A stretch of 64,000 nt of DNA from Tubulanus polymorphus (Eukaryota > Animalia > Nemertea), in the NCBI RefSeq assembly GCF_964204645.1, contig NC_134036.1, positions 8,036,812-8,100,811 of the forward strand. Direction: 5' to 3'. Positions within the stretch are counted from its first letter, which is position 1. Each line of letters opens with the position of its first letter. Positions 24,390 through 39,089 of the stretch are shown here, in pieces. The position numbers were made by a program, and so were the translations under genes. Below the pieces are notes generated by a model, which saw only the letters and a program-made list of their open reading frames with translations, was not told the DNA's origin and did no database searches.

Positions 24390-27300
24390 ATAAAATTTCC
24401 ATTCCCAAATAGGGTGGTTTCTTAAGAGGTAAATCTGCTTAACTGGAAAGCAAACATATCGATATTTTATTTCCCTTTCTATTTTCATGATGCGGAAAGA
24501 GTTTTCAACCGACATAAGAAGCCAATGAGTTTAATCTTAATTGTCGAATCGCGTTAAGACTAATCAAAGCAATAGTATTTCGACCTATTGCCTAAATCTT
24601 TGAAATATGGCCCAGTTGATATCAAACTCTGGGTAGTTGATATCAAACTCTTTTTGAAGCCAACTTTCCTTTTCAAAATTTGTGGCCAGAATTTCAAAAT
24701 CCCCGACTACGGGTCTGTTATGAAAGTATTCAGACCAGGAGCACATCCAGATACGTACAATACCAGTCATCGCGTTATATTGAAATGGTTGACGCCGGTA
24801 CTAAACTATTTGATATGACAATTTATGGCAACGTGTGACTTTCAAAAACATTGCCACCGTAAAGTTCCGTATGCTTAGGTAACATTTCAAAATTGCTATA
24901 GTAAATACACGTTCACTAAGGAGCAAAATAGTATCGAATGGTTAGATTTTATTTTCATCCCACTTAAATCGAAATTTAAAGTAGGATATAAAGAGTTCAA
25001 ATAATGTAAGAACCAAATCAAATTGAAATCGGCGGAAACTAACCGAAGAATATCATCAACGTATCGTCGCAAAAGCTTGGGTCTACTTTCAGTGTAAAAT
25101 GAAGAATTGTACTTTCAAATTGTTACAAAAATAAACGAGCCAAAACAGGGGTGATTGTATACCCCATAGCCATATTGAAAGTCTGTTTTAAAAAATTTGA
25201 ACCAAATAGAAAATAGGAGAATTTTGTACAAAGTTCGATTAAATCCAAGAGACAATCACTATCTGCGATTTCTACGGTATCCCTTGTGTTTTTATCAAAA
25301 TGAAAATCAGAAGTAGGTAACTTTCTCCTAAGAAAATCGATAGAAGGTTTAAAAGTAAAATTAGTGAATAAGCTCGCAACGTCAAAATATATAAATAATT
25401 TATCATGCCCAGGAATAACATTTTTAGACATTCTAATAAACCCTGATTATCATCAATATATCCACTATTTACAGATTTTGAACTGCAGCCAAATATGCCC
25501 ATTTCCAAATAGGATTGTTTCCAAAACAGGTTTGCCTGCTTATCTGAATGCAAATATCGAACCTACCAAAATGATTTCGATATTTCATTCCCCATTCTAT
25601 CTTCATGATGCGGAAAGAGTTTACAACCGACATAAGATGCCAATGAGTTAATCTTAATTGTCGAATCGCGTTAAGACTTATCAAAGCAATAGTATTTCGA
25701 CCTATTGCCCAAATCTTTGAAATATGGCCCAGTTGTTATCAGACTCAGGGTAGTTGATATCAAACATTTTTTGTAGCCAACTTTCCTTTTCAAAGTTTCA
25801 AAATCCCCGGCTACGGCTCTGTTATGAAAGTATCGAGACCGAGGGCACATCCAGATACGTGCTATACCAGTTATCGCGTTATATTGAAACGGTTGACGCC
25901 GGTACTAAACTATTTGAAATGACAATTTATACACGTTCACTAAGGAACAAAATAGTATCAAATGGTTAGATTTTATTTTCATCCCACTTCAAGCGAAATT
26001 TAGAGTAGGATATATAAAGAGTTCAAATAATGTAAGAACCCAATCAAATTGAAATCGGCGGAAACTAACCGAAGAATATCATCAACGTAACGTCGCAGAA
26101 GTTTGGGTCTACTTTCAGTGTAAAGAAGAAGAGCTGTGCTTTCAACGTGTTCCAAAAAACCCCAGCCAAAACAGGGGTGATTGTATTCCCCATAGCCATA
26201 CTAAAAGTCTGTTTAAAAAAAAAAATTAGAACCAAATAGAAAATTTGAGTTTTTTGTACAAAGTTCGATTAAATCCAAGAGACAATCGGTAATCTGCGAT
26301 TTCTACGGTATTCCTTGTGGTTTTATCAAAATGAAAATCAGAAGTAGCTAACTTTCTCCTAAGAAAATCCATAGAAGGTTTAAAAGTAACATTAGTGAAT
26401 AAGCTCGCAACATTAAAATATATAAATAATTTATCATGCCCATTTTAGCCATTCTAATAAAACCTGATTATTATCAATATATCCACTATTTACTGATTTT
26501 GAATTACAGCCAAAGATGTCCATTCCCAAATAGGATGGTTTCCAAAACAGGTAAGCCTGCTTATCTGAAGGCAAACATATCGAACCTACCAAAATGATTT
26601 CGATATTTCATTCCCCTTTCTATCTTTATGATGCGGAAAGAGTTTACAACCGACATAAGAAGCCAATGAGTTTAATTTTAATTGTCGAATTGCGTTAAGA
26701 CTAATCAAAGCAATAGTATTTCAACCTATTGCCTAGATCTTTGAAATATGGTCCAGTTGTTATCCGACTCGGGGAAGTTGATATCAAACTCTTTTTGTAG
26801 CCAACTTTCCTTTTCAAAATTTAAAAATTCCCGGCTATGGGTTCGTCATGAAAGTATTGAGACCGAGGGCACATCCAGATACGGGCTATACCAGTCATCG
26901 CGTTATATTGAAATTGTTGACGCCGGTACTAAACTATTTGAAATGAAAATTTATGGCGACGTGTGACTTTCAAAAACATTGTCACTGTAAAGTTCGGTAT
27001 GCTTAGGTAACATTTCAAAATTGCTATAGCAAATACACGTTCACTAATGAGCAAAATAGTATCAAATGGTTAGATTTTATTTTCATCCCACTTAAATCGA
27101 AATTTAATAGAGTAGGATATATAAAGAGTTCAAATAATGTAAGAACCTAATCAAATTGAAATCGGCGGAAACTAACAGTAACATTTTTAGACATTCTAAT
27201 AAACCCTGATTATCATCAATGTATCCACTATTTACAGATTTTGAACTGCAGCCAAAGATGTCCATTCCAAATTGGATGGTTTCCAAAACCGGTAAGCCAG

Positions 27301-29495
27301 CTTATCTGAAGGCAAACATCGAACCTACCAAAATGATTTCGATATTTCATTCCCATTTATATCCTCATGATGCGGAAAGAGCTTACAACCGACATAAGAT
27401 GCCAATGAGTTTAATCTTAATGGTCGAATCGCGTTAAGACTAATCAAAGCAATAGTATTTCGACGTATTGCCCAAATCTTTGAAATATGGCCCAGTTGTT
27501 ATCAGACTCAGGGTAGTTGATATCAAACATTTTTTGTAGCCAACTTTCCTTTTCAAAGTTTCAAAATCCCCGGCTACGGCTCTGTTATGAAAGTATCGAG
27601 ACCGAGGGCACATCCAGATACGCGCTATACCAGTTATCGCGTTATATTGAAACGGTTGACGCCGGTACTAAACTATTTGAAATGACAATTTATACACGTT
27701 CACTAAGGAACAAAATAGTATCAAATGGTTAGATTTTATTTTCATCCCACTTCAAGCGAAATTTAGAGTAGGATATATAAAGAGTTCAAATAATGTAAGA
27801 ACCCAATCAAATTGAAATCGGCGGAAACTAACCGAAGAATATCATCAACGTAACGTCGCAGAAGTTTGGGTCTACTTTCAGTGTAAAGAAGAAGAGCTGT
27901 GCTTTCAACGTGTTCCAAAAAACCCCAGCCAAAACAGGGGTGATTGTATTCCCCATAGCCATACTAAAAGTCTGTTTAAAAAAAAAAATTAGAACCAAAT
28001 AGAAAATATGAGTTTTTTGTACAAAGTTCGATTAAATCCAAGAGACAATCGGTAATCTGCGATTTCTACGGTATTCCTTGTGGTTTTATCAAAATGAAAA
28101 TCAGAAGTAGCTAACTTTCTCCTAAGAAAATCCATAGAAGGTTTAAAAGTAACATTAGTGAATAAGCTCGCAACACTAAAATATATAAATAATTTATCAT
28201 GCCCATTTTAGCCATTCTAATAAAACCTGATTATTATCAATATATCCACTATTTACTGATTTTGAATTACAGCCAAAGATGTCCATTCCCAAATAGGATG
28301 GTTTCCAAAACAGGTAAGCATGCTTATCTGAAGGCAAACATATCGAACCTACCAAAATGATTTCGATATTTCATTCCCCTTTCTATGTTTATGATGCGGA
28401 AAGAGTTTACAACCGACATAAGAAGCCAATGAGTTTAATTTAATTGTCGAATTGCGTTAAGACTAATCAAAGCAATAGTATTTCGACTTATTGCCTAAAT
28501 CTTTGAAATATGGTCCAGTTGTTATCAGACTCGGGGAAGTTGATATCAAACTCTTTTTGTAGCCAACTTTCCTTTTCAAAATTTAAAAATCCCCGGCTAC
28601 GGGTTCGTCATGAAAGTATTGAGACCGAGGGCACATCCAGATACGGGCTATACCAGTCATCGCGTTATATTGAAATTGTTGACGCCGGTACTAAACTATT
28701 TGAAATGAAAATTTATGGCGACGTGTGACTTTCAAAAACATTGTCACTGTAAAGTTCGGTATGCTTAGGTAACATTTCAAAATTGCTATAGCAAATACAC
28801 GTTCACTAATGAGCAAAATAGTATCAAATGGTTAGATTTTATTTTCATCCCACTTAAATCGAAATTTAATAGAGTAGGATATATAAAGAGTTCAAATAAT
28901 GTAAGAACCTAATCAAATTGAAATCGGCGGAAACTAACAGTAACATTTTTAGACATTCTAATAAACCCTGATTATTATCAATATATCCACTATTTACAGA
29001 TTTTGAACTGCAGCCAAAGATGTCCATTCCAAATTGGATGGTTTCCAAAACAGGTAAGCCAGCTTATCTGAAGGCAAACATCGAACCTACCAAAATGATT
29101 TCGATATTTCATTCCCATTTATATCCTCATGATGCGGAAAGAGCTTACAACCGACATAAGATGCCAATGAGTTTAATCTTAATGGTCGAATCGCGTTTAG
29201 ACTAATCAAAGCAATAGTATTTCGACCTATTGCCTAAATCTTTGAAATATGGCCCAGTTGTTATCAGGCTCTGGGAAGTCGATATCAAACTCTTTTTTAG
29301 CCAACTTTCCTTTTCAAAATTTCAAAATCCCCGGCTACGGGTCTGTTATGAAAGTATTGAGACCAAGAGCATATCCAGATACGTGCTATACCAGTCATCG
29401 CGTGATATTGAAATGGTTGACGATGGTACTAAACTATTTGAAATTAAAATTCATTGCATCGTGTGACTTTCAATAACATTGCCACCGTAAGTCTT
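24390..29495 (-). mobile_element. Tandemly amplified degenerate Penelope-like reverse transcriptase fragments
   Basis: Minus strand IYFDVASLFTN, LLDLIELCT..SYFLF...KQTF.MAMG..ITPVLA, RRYVDD; six partial copies with a ~1762-bp higher-order period. Confidence 0.75.
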
Positions 29496-29599
29496 GGATG
29501 CTTAAGTAACATCTCTTTAATTTTTCGACGATCTCTGTTTTTCTCATTGCATGATTTCTTTTTTAATCAGATATCAGTATTCGGTTCATTCAAGCTCAA

Positions 29600-30085
29600 C
29601 ACGTTCTAACCTGCCCCAATTCACATCGGCCCTACAATGCCTACCGACATTTACACTGCCTATTGCAATACACCTATCAAACATTGTACTAAGCATACCC
29701 TTCCAAGAACTAAACCCATCCCAAACCCAACCACAACCCGACAACCCTACCCCACCCAGAGACCTTACCCTATCACATCCTGTCCTACCCTATCCTATTA
29801 CCATACCCCACCTCATCCTCCTACCCGAACCCTACCACCGTCACTTATGTAATGCCCTTACACCAGCCTTTCTATCTCATCGCAGACCTACCGAACTACA
29901 CTACCCTATCCTACCACATACACCACTCACCCCGTGATCAGTTCTACCAAACTCACCATCCAACCCAACCACACCAACGCATCCTGCACCATCCAACTCG
30001 ACCTAACCTTATCACATTGTCCTATTCTACCCTACGTGTGAGCTCCTCTGTACCCTTCCCTATTCCAAACCACTCCTAATCCACA
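29600..30085. repeat. C/A-rich low-complexity tract (CCCTAC-like)
   Basis: Strong G depletion on the + strand with degenerate short repeats. Confidence 0.7.
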
Positions 30086-30849
30086 CTACAATCAGAGAGG
30101 TAGAAATGCCACGATGTCGCGGTTTAAATGGATGGGAATGATTCTTATCGCTAATGAAGATGAGAGAATAAACATTCTTCCAAATGAGGAGGAATAAATG
30201 AAATGACTGTGTACACAATCAGTGTTACATGTACATCAGTCACAACTTAGTTAGACTGAAACAATGAGTGAATCTTCTACATTTACAATCTTACACATAT
30301 CAGACTGCATTCAAAATACTTTACAGCTCCTAGTGATAAACTCTATCTTTTTTACTAAGCGATTCATTTTTCCTCCGTTGCTCCTCTGTCGCTCATATTG
30401 CTCTTGCAGCTCAAGTTTGTGAATCTATGTACAAGTTTGTGAATCTATGTACCGGCACTGCGCATCAATGAGCTCTGTAGCATTAACCTTTGCTGGAAGA
30501 AATCAAGGTTTTAAAAGACCAAACAAACTAGTCTTTTTTTCGAAGTCGAACGAAGCGCTTTTTATTTTTTACTGAAAATGTTTACAAAAAGCGCTGTAAT
30601 GACTATCGAAATAGAAATTAAGAATTATATGAACCACTGTTTGGGATGTCTGGAGCTCCTGGTGGTATCACGTCGCCGTGGAACTTAATCCCGGTACCGA
30701 AGAGTTTGCCGATATTTTCTCTAGTTACTAGCTCGGGAAAATGAAGCTCTGAAAAACCTTGACAGTTTCCGGTTCTGTATTTTCAGCTTAGGGGTGAATA
30801 ATTATATTTAAACTTACTTGTCTTTAAACTTTTGATACCGTTTCATATT

Positions 30850-32440
30850 GTGCTGCTGCTGTTGCTGCTCCTATGTTGACGGATGCTGCCTCTCCTATGT
30901 TGATGGATGCTGCTGCTCCTATGTTGACGGTTGCTGCTGCTCCTGTTTTGACGGATGCTGCCTCTCCTATGTTGATGGATGCTGCTGCTGCTGCTGCTGC
31001 TATACCACATGTAGATCCTGCTACACACGATGAATACCCCAGCGAAACGATATCAGAAAACTCAATTCATTCTTTCACTTTTATTCATCGTTGAAAGATT
31101 CTAATTCATTTTTATATAAAATGAACACTTACTCAACCATTCAGATTAAATAAAGATCCCATGTTTTAATGTTGACTATTCAATCGATTTTGTTTCCAGT
31201 GTGCTATCAATCTAAAACAGATTGAGAAAACAGAAGGAAATTATTCTAAAAAAGAAATCTTCACACTTAGGAGGAACTAACAACAATGAATATGTTGAAT
31301 ACTCACCGTTATATTCTAAAAGTTTTCGAAAATCTGATTCTGACTTGTCGAGATATCTATCACTAGGGCGTTTTGGGTATCTACAAACGAAAACTAAAGA
31401 CTTAAGGTTTCCGAACGAAAATGTCAACTATAAGAATGAAATAAATTGAACTTGAGAAATTAAACTAGGACTGAAATAAAAGATTTGAATACAAAACTAA
31501 TTCAGTTTTTGAAGAATGGTACTATACACCTACAACAAAATCTAACTACAAAATCTTTGAAATGAAAGATAGTTCACGAATCCACTGATTTAAATACATT
31601 TCATGATCGTTAATCTTAATTATAATCTAAAGCTTACCAGATATGTTGGGATTTTCTGACTTGGCTTTGGTGGGTAATCATATCTCAATACAGGCTCTTT
31701 CTTCACTGGTGTACGTGCGCTATACGTGGTGGCTGGTTCTCGAATGAAGCTCTAACCAAGCGTTACCACAATACGATTTGGGCGGCGACTATTGTGTGGA
31801 AATTCGATCATACCGTGACCCAAAATTGGCACAATGAAGTAGGTGTACTAAAATATTCTAACTCTACTACTAAATTGTCTGCTTCATTCTTTTATGGTGC
31901 ATGCGGGTTTAATACACCAACTTCAGCGGGTTTAGAACGCGGCTACAAGACCGAAACAAGAGGCAGGAATATTCACATCACTCCTGTTTTAACTAATAGA
32001 TACATGTATTCTAAAATAAAACGACGTAATTAGTTACTATATGCACCGGCACGAAAATTGACGGCCATCGGATCAATGTCTCCTTAATGGCAAATGTTAT
32101 CGTACAAAAATTTGATAATTTCAAATCATTTGTTTTGCTAAGTATTTTTAGCAAAGTCGATTCGTTTTATTAATTGGGGACATTTGACAAGGAGGACTGA
32201 GTATGAATGAAATAAAATGTTAAAAAGTAGGAAAATATTAACATAAAAACTGAAGTCATCCTCAATCCTCCTTGTGAAACATACCCCAGTAACAAACGAC
32301 CGAGCCATTTTGAAAATACTTGATAACACAAAACATGGCCGAAGCCGAGAGATCAAAACAGAAGAAAGAAAATGATAAAAATTCGCCAAAAATATTCACA
32401 TAAAAACTGAACTCATCCTCAATCCTCCTTGTAAACACCC
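30850..32440 (+). repeat. Duplicated host block, copy 2 (24-bp minisatellite, unique part, 154-bp satellite units)
   Basis: Colinear with 1-1560, with a ~90-bp deletion near 32140. Confidence 0.9.
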
Positions 32441-33099
32441 CCGGTATGTGCTATTTTCAGTTAAACAATAAATATTATTTTTCACCGAAACAGGTAAATT
32501 AAATCAATTTGGGCTTTGGTTTATTCTAGACTTGTCAAAGTGTTGAGACCAAATTACTGTTTCTAAGACTCGTAGTTCATAGTTTTCCCCACATACATAA
32601 CACCAGATCTCGATACAGCCCAGACACTATCTTATGCATCTTTCCACGGACAAATTCATAAAACCAGCACATGAATATACTGATAGATATACATTCTGCC
32701 AAGTACAGTGCCTCCATCTTTATAAATGTATCGATATATTATTTGTAAAAAACCTATACACCAACGATAAGGTTTAATTGACATACTTTTACAAGTAAAA
32801 CCAGCCTACTTGTTTATAGGGCCCTTCAGAAAATTTCACATATTACATAAAATATTGAATTAACCTTGCTTTTACATACTTAAAAAATCGTTTAAATAAT
32901 AACTGACTAATATACATCTTAATTATCAGCCAAAAGATATTCATAAGTGACTTCACTCATTGATTTCGTCAAATATTGTGAATATTAAAGCAATCGTGTT
33001 TGGTCTTTCGGTATCATACATTGTAATTTACATGTACATCAACGTAACTTAAGATTGATGTGTTCAGTGGCGGCTAGGACCTTCTTAGTGACAGTCGAA

Positions 33100-33975
33100 A
33101 CTGCAGCTTTCCCTCGTCCTCTATCTTCTTCAACACTGTACTGACAATATTCGTAGGCCTACTGTCGTCCAATGCCTCCTATGTGTGATGTCCTGTGAAA
33201 ATCAAATTTACCTATAGAGTTGCGATGCAAATCTTTGAAAAAAATCATTTCAGGATGATACGTACTATTTCGGATTTTGGATACTTCTCGACTGGTATGT
33301 AGCTTTAAACAGGCGCTTAATCGCTGATGTGTGCTTTATTCGTCCTTTTGTTTAGTGGCTGCTATGTGGGCTGGCCTGTAGAATACAAAACTATCTATAT
33401 AAATACAATCTACTCAATTGGATTTGAAAAAAATAATTAGATTAAAAAAACATACCTTTTCTTTCAACATCTCCCTCTTTGTAGTTAGTATGTCGATTCA
33501 TTCAAGTGTTGAATCGATGCCGTGTGTTTGGCTAGATTCGTCATCAGTGCCAATACTCGTACTGCTGCCAATGCATCTGATGTGTGATGGCCTGCAAAAA
33601 TCAATATCATCAATAGATTTACAATTTATAAATGCAAGTCTTTGAAAATAATCATTTCAGGATAATACCTACCACTTCGGAATTCATGACTGATATGGGG
33701 CTTATCAGGCACTTTATCGCTGCTGTGTTTTTCATTCGCACTGTTGTTCAGTGGCTGCTATGTGGGTTGGCCTGTAGAATACAAAACTATCTATATCAAT
33801 GCTATCTACTTAATAGGATTTGAAAAACTAATTGGATGTAGAAACACGTACTTTTCGTTGCATCCCTAATTTTAGCAAGTATGTTGATTCATTCAGGTGC
33901 TGAATCGATGCCGTTTGCTAGGATGATACGTACTTCTTCGGAATTGGGATACTTCATGGCTGATATGGAGCTCGA
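33100..33975. repeat. Diverged ~400-bp tandem duplication
   Basis: ATGTGTGATG..CCTG and GGCTGCTATGTGGG..GGCCTGTAGAATACAAAACTATCTATAT blocks recur ~400 bp apart. Confidence 0.75.
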
Positions 33976-34261
33976 ACACTCGAATTTATTTTCCGACCTT
34001 TCAACCTTTGACTTGAAACAACTTATCCCCTATTACTCTATCCAATCACAAGTCTCATAATTTACAAGTCTCACACGCTGGGTATTCCCCATTACTCTAG
34101 CCAATCACAAGCCTCATAATTTACAAGTCTCAACACGCAGCTGGGGATTCCCCACTGTTGAGTAGTATAAATGGGCGGGTGTTTGTGGGGTACTCATACG
34201 TGGCGGGACGCGTTGAGAGGTAAGTGTTATGTCCAATTTTAATAAAAAATTTGATGTTAAA

Positions 34262-37200
34262 ATGGAAGCAAACAAGAAGTACTACTGTCCAACATGTAAA
34301 ATAAGTATAGATAAATCTCAAAAAGCAAGACACAATAAAACTAAATCTCACTTAGAAAATAGATTAAACTTAGAATATAGAGATGATATATTGAAAAATT
34401 AATTAGAGGAATTGAAGAATGTAAAAGAAACATACAAATGTGATACATGTAATCAATCATTCAGTGAAAAAAAATATTATGAACAACATTTAAAATCTAA
34501 AAGTCATATTACAAATATCAATAATGATATTTCAGGTAAAGAATATTTTGATAAAGATAATGATAAGAAACAGAAGACAATTAAAAGAATAAAAAATAAA
34601 TTAAACAATAAAAGACCATACATATATATTAATTCAGTAGATAATAAAAAAGAAATAGAAATAACCGAGGCATTCAAAAGTGATATTGGACCAGCTGCCA
34701 TTGAGTTTGAATTTCATAAAAGCAAACATTAGATAAAAATAAAAAGCTAAGTTCTAAGTTTTTAGAAAAATGAAAAATGTTATAAAAATAATTACTGAAG
34801 TTGAATACCCTGAAGTTAGTATATCTTCTTAAGTTACATTTTTAAAATCTGAATATATAATATAAATTCCCTTTCACAACATATAATTTCAAAACAGCGT
34901 ATAGATGATAGATTAGATCAATGTTATAATGAAATAAAAAGTAAAATAGAAGAGAAATAATTTGAAGGATCGGGTTTAATATTTGATGAAATAATATTTA
35001 TGACTTTACATGTTTATAACACAAAATATAATAAGTTAACTAAATCAAAACCAATTGATGAAAATAATTTATCATATTATAAAGATGATAATATAAATGG
35101 ATCAAGTTATCTCAAATTACCATTTAAAACTAATGCTGTAATAAATGTACAAAATGTTGATGATAAATGTTTTCTATGGATAATTATAAGTTGCTTACAC
35201 CCAGTTGAAGATTATAAACAACATAGTTTTACATTAACACATTATAAACCATTTTAAAATAATTATAATATAGACAAGTATCCTGTTAGATTTAGAAATA
35301 TCCCAAAAATAGAAAGAGATAATGATTTAAAGATAGATGTTTTTCATTTAATCAAATTACCAAAAACAAAAGGTAACAATATTAAACATTTTACATTAGA
35401 ACCTTTGTATTTATCAAATGATTATGATTCAAATGATGTTATAGATATATTATATTATGAGAATCATTATATGTGGATAAAACGTATTGATTTATTTTTT
35501 CAAATCAGAAAATGATTTTGATATTAAAATATATCTATGTAGAAAATGTATAACTAAATTCAGAACTGAAAGTGCATTATTAAATCATAAGCAATTATAT
35601 AAAAATTATTGTAAAATAGTTTTACCAAATGATAAAATATTAGAATTCAAAAAATATGATTACAAGAATAAAGTGCCATTTGTAATATATGGTGACTGAG
35701 TCACTCAATAAAGAAATAACTGATCAAGATAGGAAAGAAATATATTATAAAAGAAAGAAATCAAATTCTGAAAATGATATAATTGATTATTCAGATCCTC
35801 AAATAACAAATACAATTGAAAAGATTCATCAAAGTGCTGCAGCTTTTGGATTATATATAAAATCTGATTATCCATAACTAATTGAAAGTGAATATTATCA
35901 TTATAGAAATGAAAATGATACAAATAAAGAAATAATTATGACAGAAGAAGATAAAGAAAAAATTGTGTTTGCAGATAAATGTTATTATTGTGAAAAGACA
36001 TTTGATTTTAAAGATAAAAAAGTTGGGGATCATGATCATTTGAATGGAAAGTTTAGAGGCGCAGCGCATGAGAATTGTAACTTACAAGCTATGAAAATCA
36101 ATTTTGTTCCAGTAATATTTCATAATTTATCAGGATATGATGCACATTTATTTATAAGACAGTTGTGTCATAAAATAAAAGAAATCAATAATGAAATAGA
36201 AAGATTAAATTCAAATAGATCAAAAGATAAAATAACAACTTATAAATTTAAAATGTTAGCTAAAACATCTGAGAATTATATATCTTTCCAATTTGGGTGT
36301 CTAAGATTTATAGACTCATATAGATTTTTAAGTACTTCATTAGATAATTCATCAAAATCATTAGTTGATGATGAATTAAAAATATTAAAGGAACACTATC
36401 CAAACAATGATCATTTTCAATTAATGAGATATAAAGGCGCAATTCCATATTGATTTATAAATCGCATAAGGATTTTAATATAACTGAATTATTAAAAGAA
36501 CAATTCTATGATGAATTAAAAAATGAATATGTGAAAGATGAAGTCTATAATAGAACATTGAATATTTGGAATCATTTTGGAATGGAAAATCATGGACAAT
36601 TAGTAGATTTATATTTAAAATCAGATGTATTATTATTAACTGATATATTTGAAAGGTTTAGAGATGTAAATCGAAAATATTTTAATATTGACCCATGTCA
36701 TTGTCATTCTAGTCAAGGTTTAACTTGGGATCGTGGTTTAAGATTTACGGATATAAGAATGGATTTGTTAACAAATTTAGACCAATTATTGTTATTCGAA
36801 AAATCTATGAGGTGTTTCAGGTGTATTAGGTGATATATATTTCAATGTAAATGATAACCCTGGATATAATCTATTATATATAGATGCAAATAATCTATAT
36901 GGTTGGGCAATGATGGAACCTCAGCGTTATGGAGTATTTGAAATAACTGAAATTTTACAGTATGAAAATAATGATAAATTTGATTGGAAGAAAATAATTC
37001 TAGATATTTCGGATGATTCAGTGACTGGTTACTTTTTTGTTGTAGATTTCGAATATCCTGAAAACATTAAATTTAAATCTATAAATCTAGCATACTGTCC
37101 CGAACATAAAACTGTAACGCATGAAGAATTATCAAATTATCAAAACAGAATTAAACCCGATAATCATATTCATACAGAAAAGTTAATGGTAACTCAGGAA

Positions 37201-38101
37201 GATAAATGTAATTATGTAGTACATTATAGAATGTTAAAATTCTATTTGAATCAAGGAATGATCCTAAAAAAGTACATAGATATATTTCATTCAGTCAATC
37301 TAAATGGTTAGAGAAATATATAGATTTTAACACCAAACAGAGAACTAAAGCTAAAACTGATTTTGAGAATGATTTCTTCAAGTTAATGAATAATGCATTC
37401 TATGGAAAAACTTGTAAAAACATCAGAAATAGAAATGATATTGAGTTAGTCAGTAATGGCAAAAGAATTAGACATTTACAAACATATCCTAAGTTCATCG
37501 GTAACAGAATATTTGATGAAAATTTAGCTGCAGTTGAAAGGAGAACTTCTATGAAATTTAATAAACCAATTCATGTTGGAGCAACAGTTTTAGAAATATC
37601 AAAGTTATTAATGTATGAATTTTACTATGACGTATTACAACCTCATTTTGGAGAAAAGCATATAGAAATCTTATATTTTGACACTGACAGTTACATATTA
37701 AAGATAAAAACTAATAACATAACAGATGATTTAAAAACATTAAAACATCATTTTGATTTTAGTAATTATCCTAAAGATCATGAATTGTTTAACAATGATA
37801 ATAAAAAGGTGCCCGGTAAATTCAAAGATGAATTAGGAGGTGAAGAAATATAAAACTAAAACTCATGAATCAAAGAAATTGAAAGGAATAACCAAAAGCG
37901 TTGTTGAAAGAAAATATTCATTTCGAAGATTACATCAATTGTATATTCAATGAAGAAGTTGGAAAACATAAGATGAAATGTTTAGGATCCGAAGATCATG
38001 AAATGTTTATTGAAGAGATAGAGAAGATAAGTTTAAACCCATTCGATGATAAAAGATATATTTTAGATGATGGTATACACACAGTTATGGTTGTAATATA
38101 G
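34262..38101 (+). pseudogene. pPolB without intein, fragmented
   Basis: GSSYLKLPF, NVDDKCFLW, PFVIYGD, FHNLSGYD, YLKSDV, MNNAFYGK, uninterrupted YFDTDSY; many stops and frameshifts. Confidence 0.93.
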
Positions 38102-38199
38102 AAGAATGCTTGAAATTAATAAGAGAAGAAAGAAAAGAGAATTATATTATGAAAAGGATTCCAGCACGTTAATCAATTTAAAAAATATATATTTTATAA

Positions 38200-38973
38200 A
38201 TGGAGAGTAAACAGTCACAAACTAACAATATTCACCATAAAAAATGTTCAAAATGTGAATTGAATAAGCCATTTACTGAATATTACACAAAAAAAACTAA
38301 GAAAGATGGTTTAAGAAACAATTGTAAAAGATGTTGGAAACAGAAGAATAAACTGTATAATAAACAATGTTATATAGATAATATTGAAAAATATAAAGAT
38401 AGAAGTAAACAATATTATCTAAATAATCTAGAAAAATGTAAAGAAACGAAAAAACAATGGAGAGAAAATAATCCAGAATATATTAGAGATTGGAAAAAAG
38501 ATAATCGTGAACATTATGATGATTACAGTTATAATTATCAAAAAGAAAGGCGTCAAACAGATCTTAATTTTAAAATGAAACAATGTTTGAGAAATAGATC
38601 ATCAAAATTATTCAGTAAAGAAACGCATTTAGAAACGCTAAAAAAATTCCTTGGATTGTTCAGATGAATTTCTCAAATCATGGATTATATATCAGTTCGA
38701 TGATGAAATGAATAAAGATAATTATGGAAATTATTTTCATATTGATCACGTGTAACCAATATCTAATAACACGAGTGATGAATACAATAAAAAAAACTAA
38801 TTTGGAATTGGAATAATCTAAGACCCATTGAAAAGAAAGAAAATAAAATTAAGTCTAACAAACTTGATATGAAATTATATTTTGATCAATTAGATAAAGC
38901 AAAGAAATTTATCGAATTATGGAATAGTGATCCAAATAATGAACAATATGTTGAATCTTTATTGAGTGGTTAA
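38200..38973 (+). pseudogene. Free-standing HNH endonuclease with N-terminal zinc ribbon, frameshifted
   Basis: KKCSKC..K...EY..K..KDGL...CK.C; after the frameshift LGCS.EFL..WI.YQF...MN.DNYG..FHIDHV*P...W.NLRP....EN..KSNK. Confidence 0.8.
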
Positions 38974-39089
38974 AGATTAATATATCTCAAATCTTCAACT
39001 AGCTAGTATTTAAAATTCTTTTACTTCAAATGGCTAGTATCATTTGAAGAATAAGTATATTATTTTTTCCGCTTTTTTTGCTAAAATAA

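Noticed and set aside
29551-30079. Pro/His/Thr-rich ORFs
   Set aside because: Low-complexity C/A-rich DNA is open in several frames by composition
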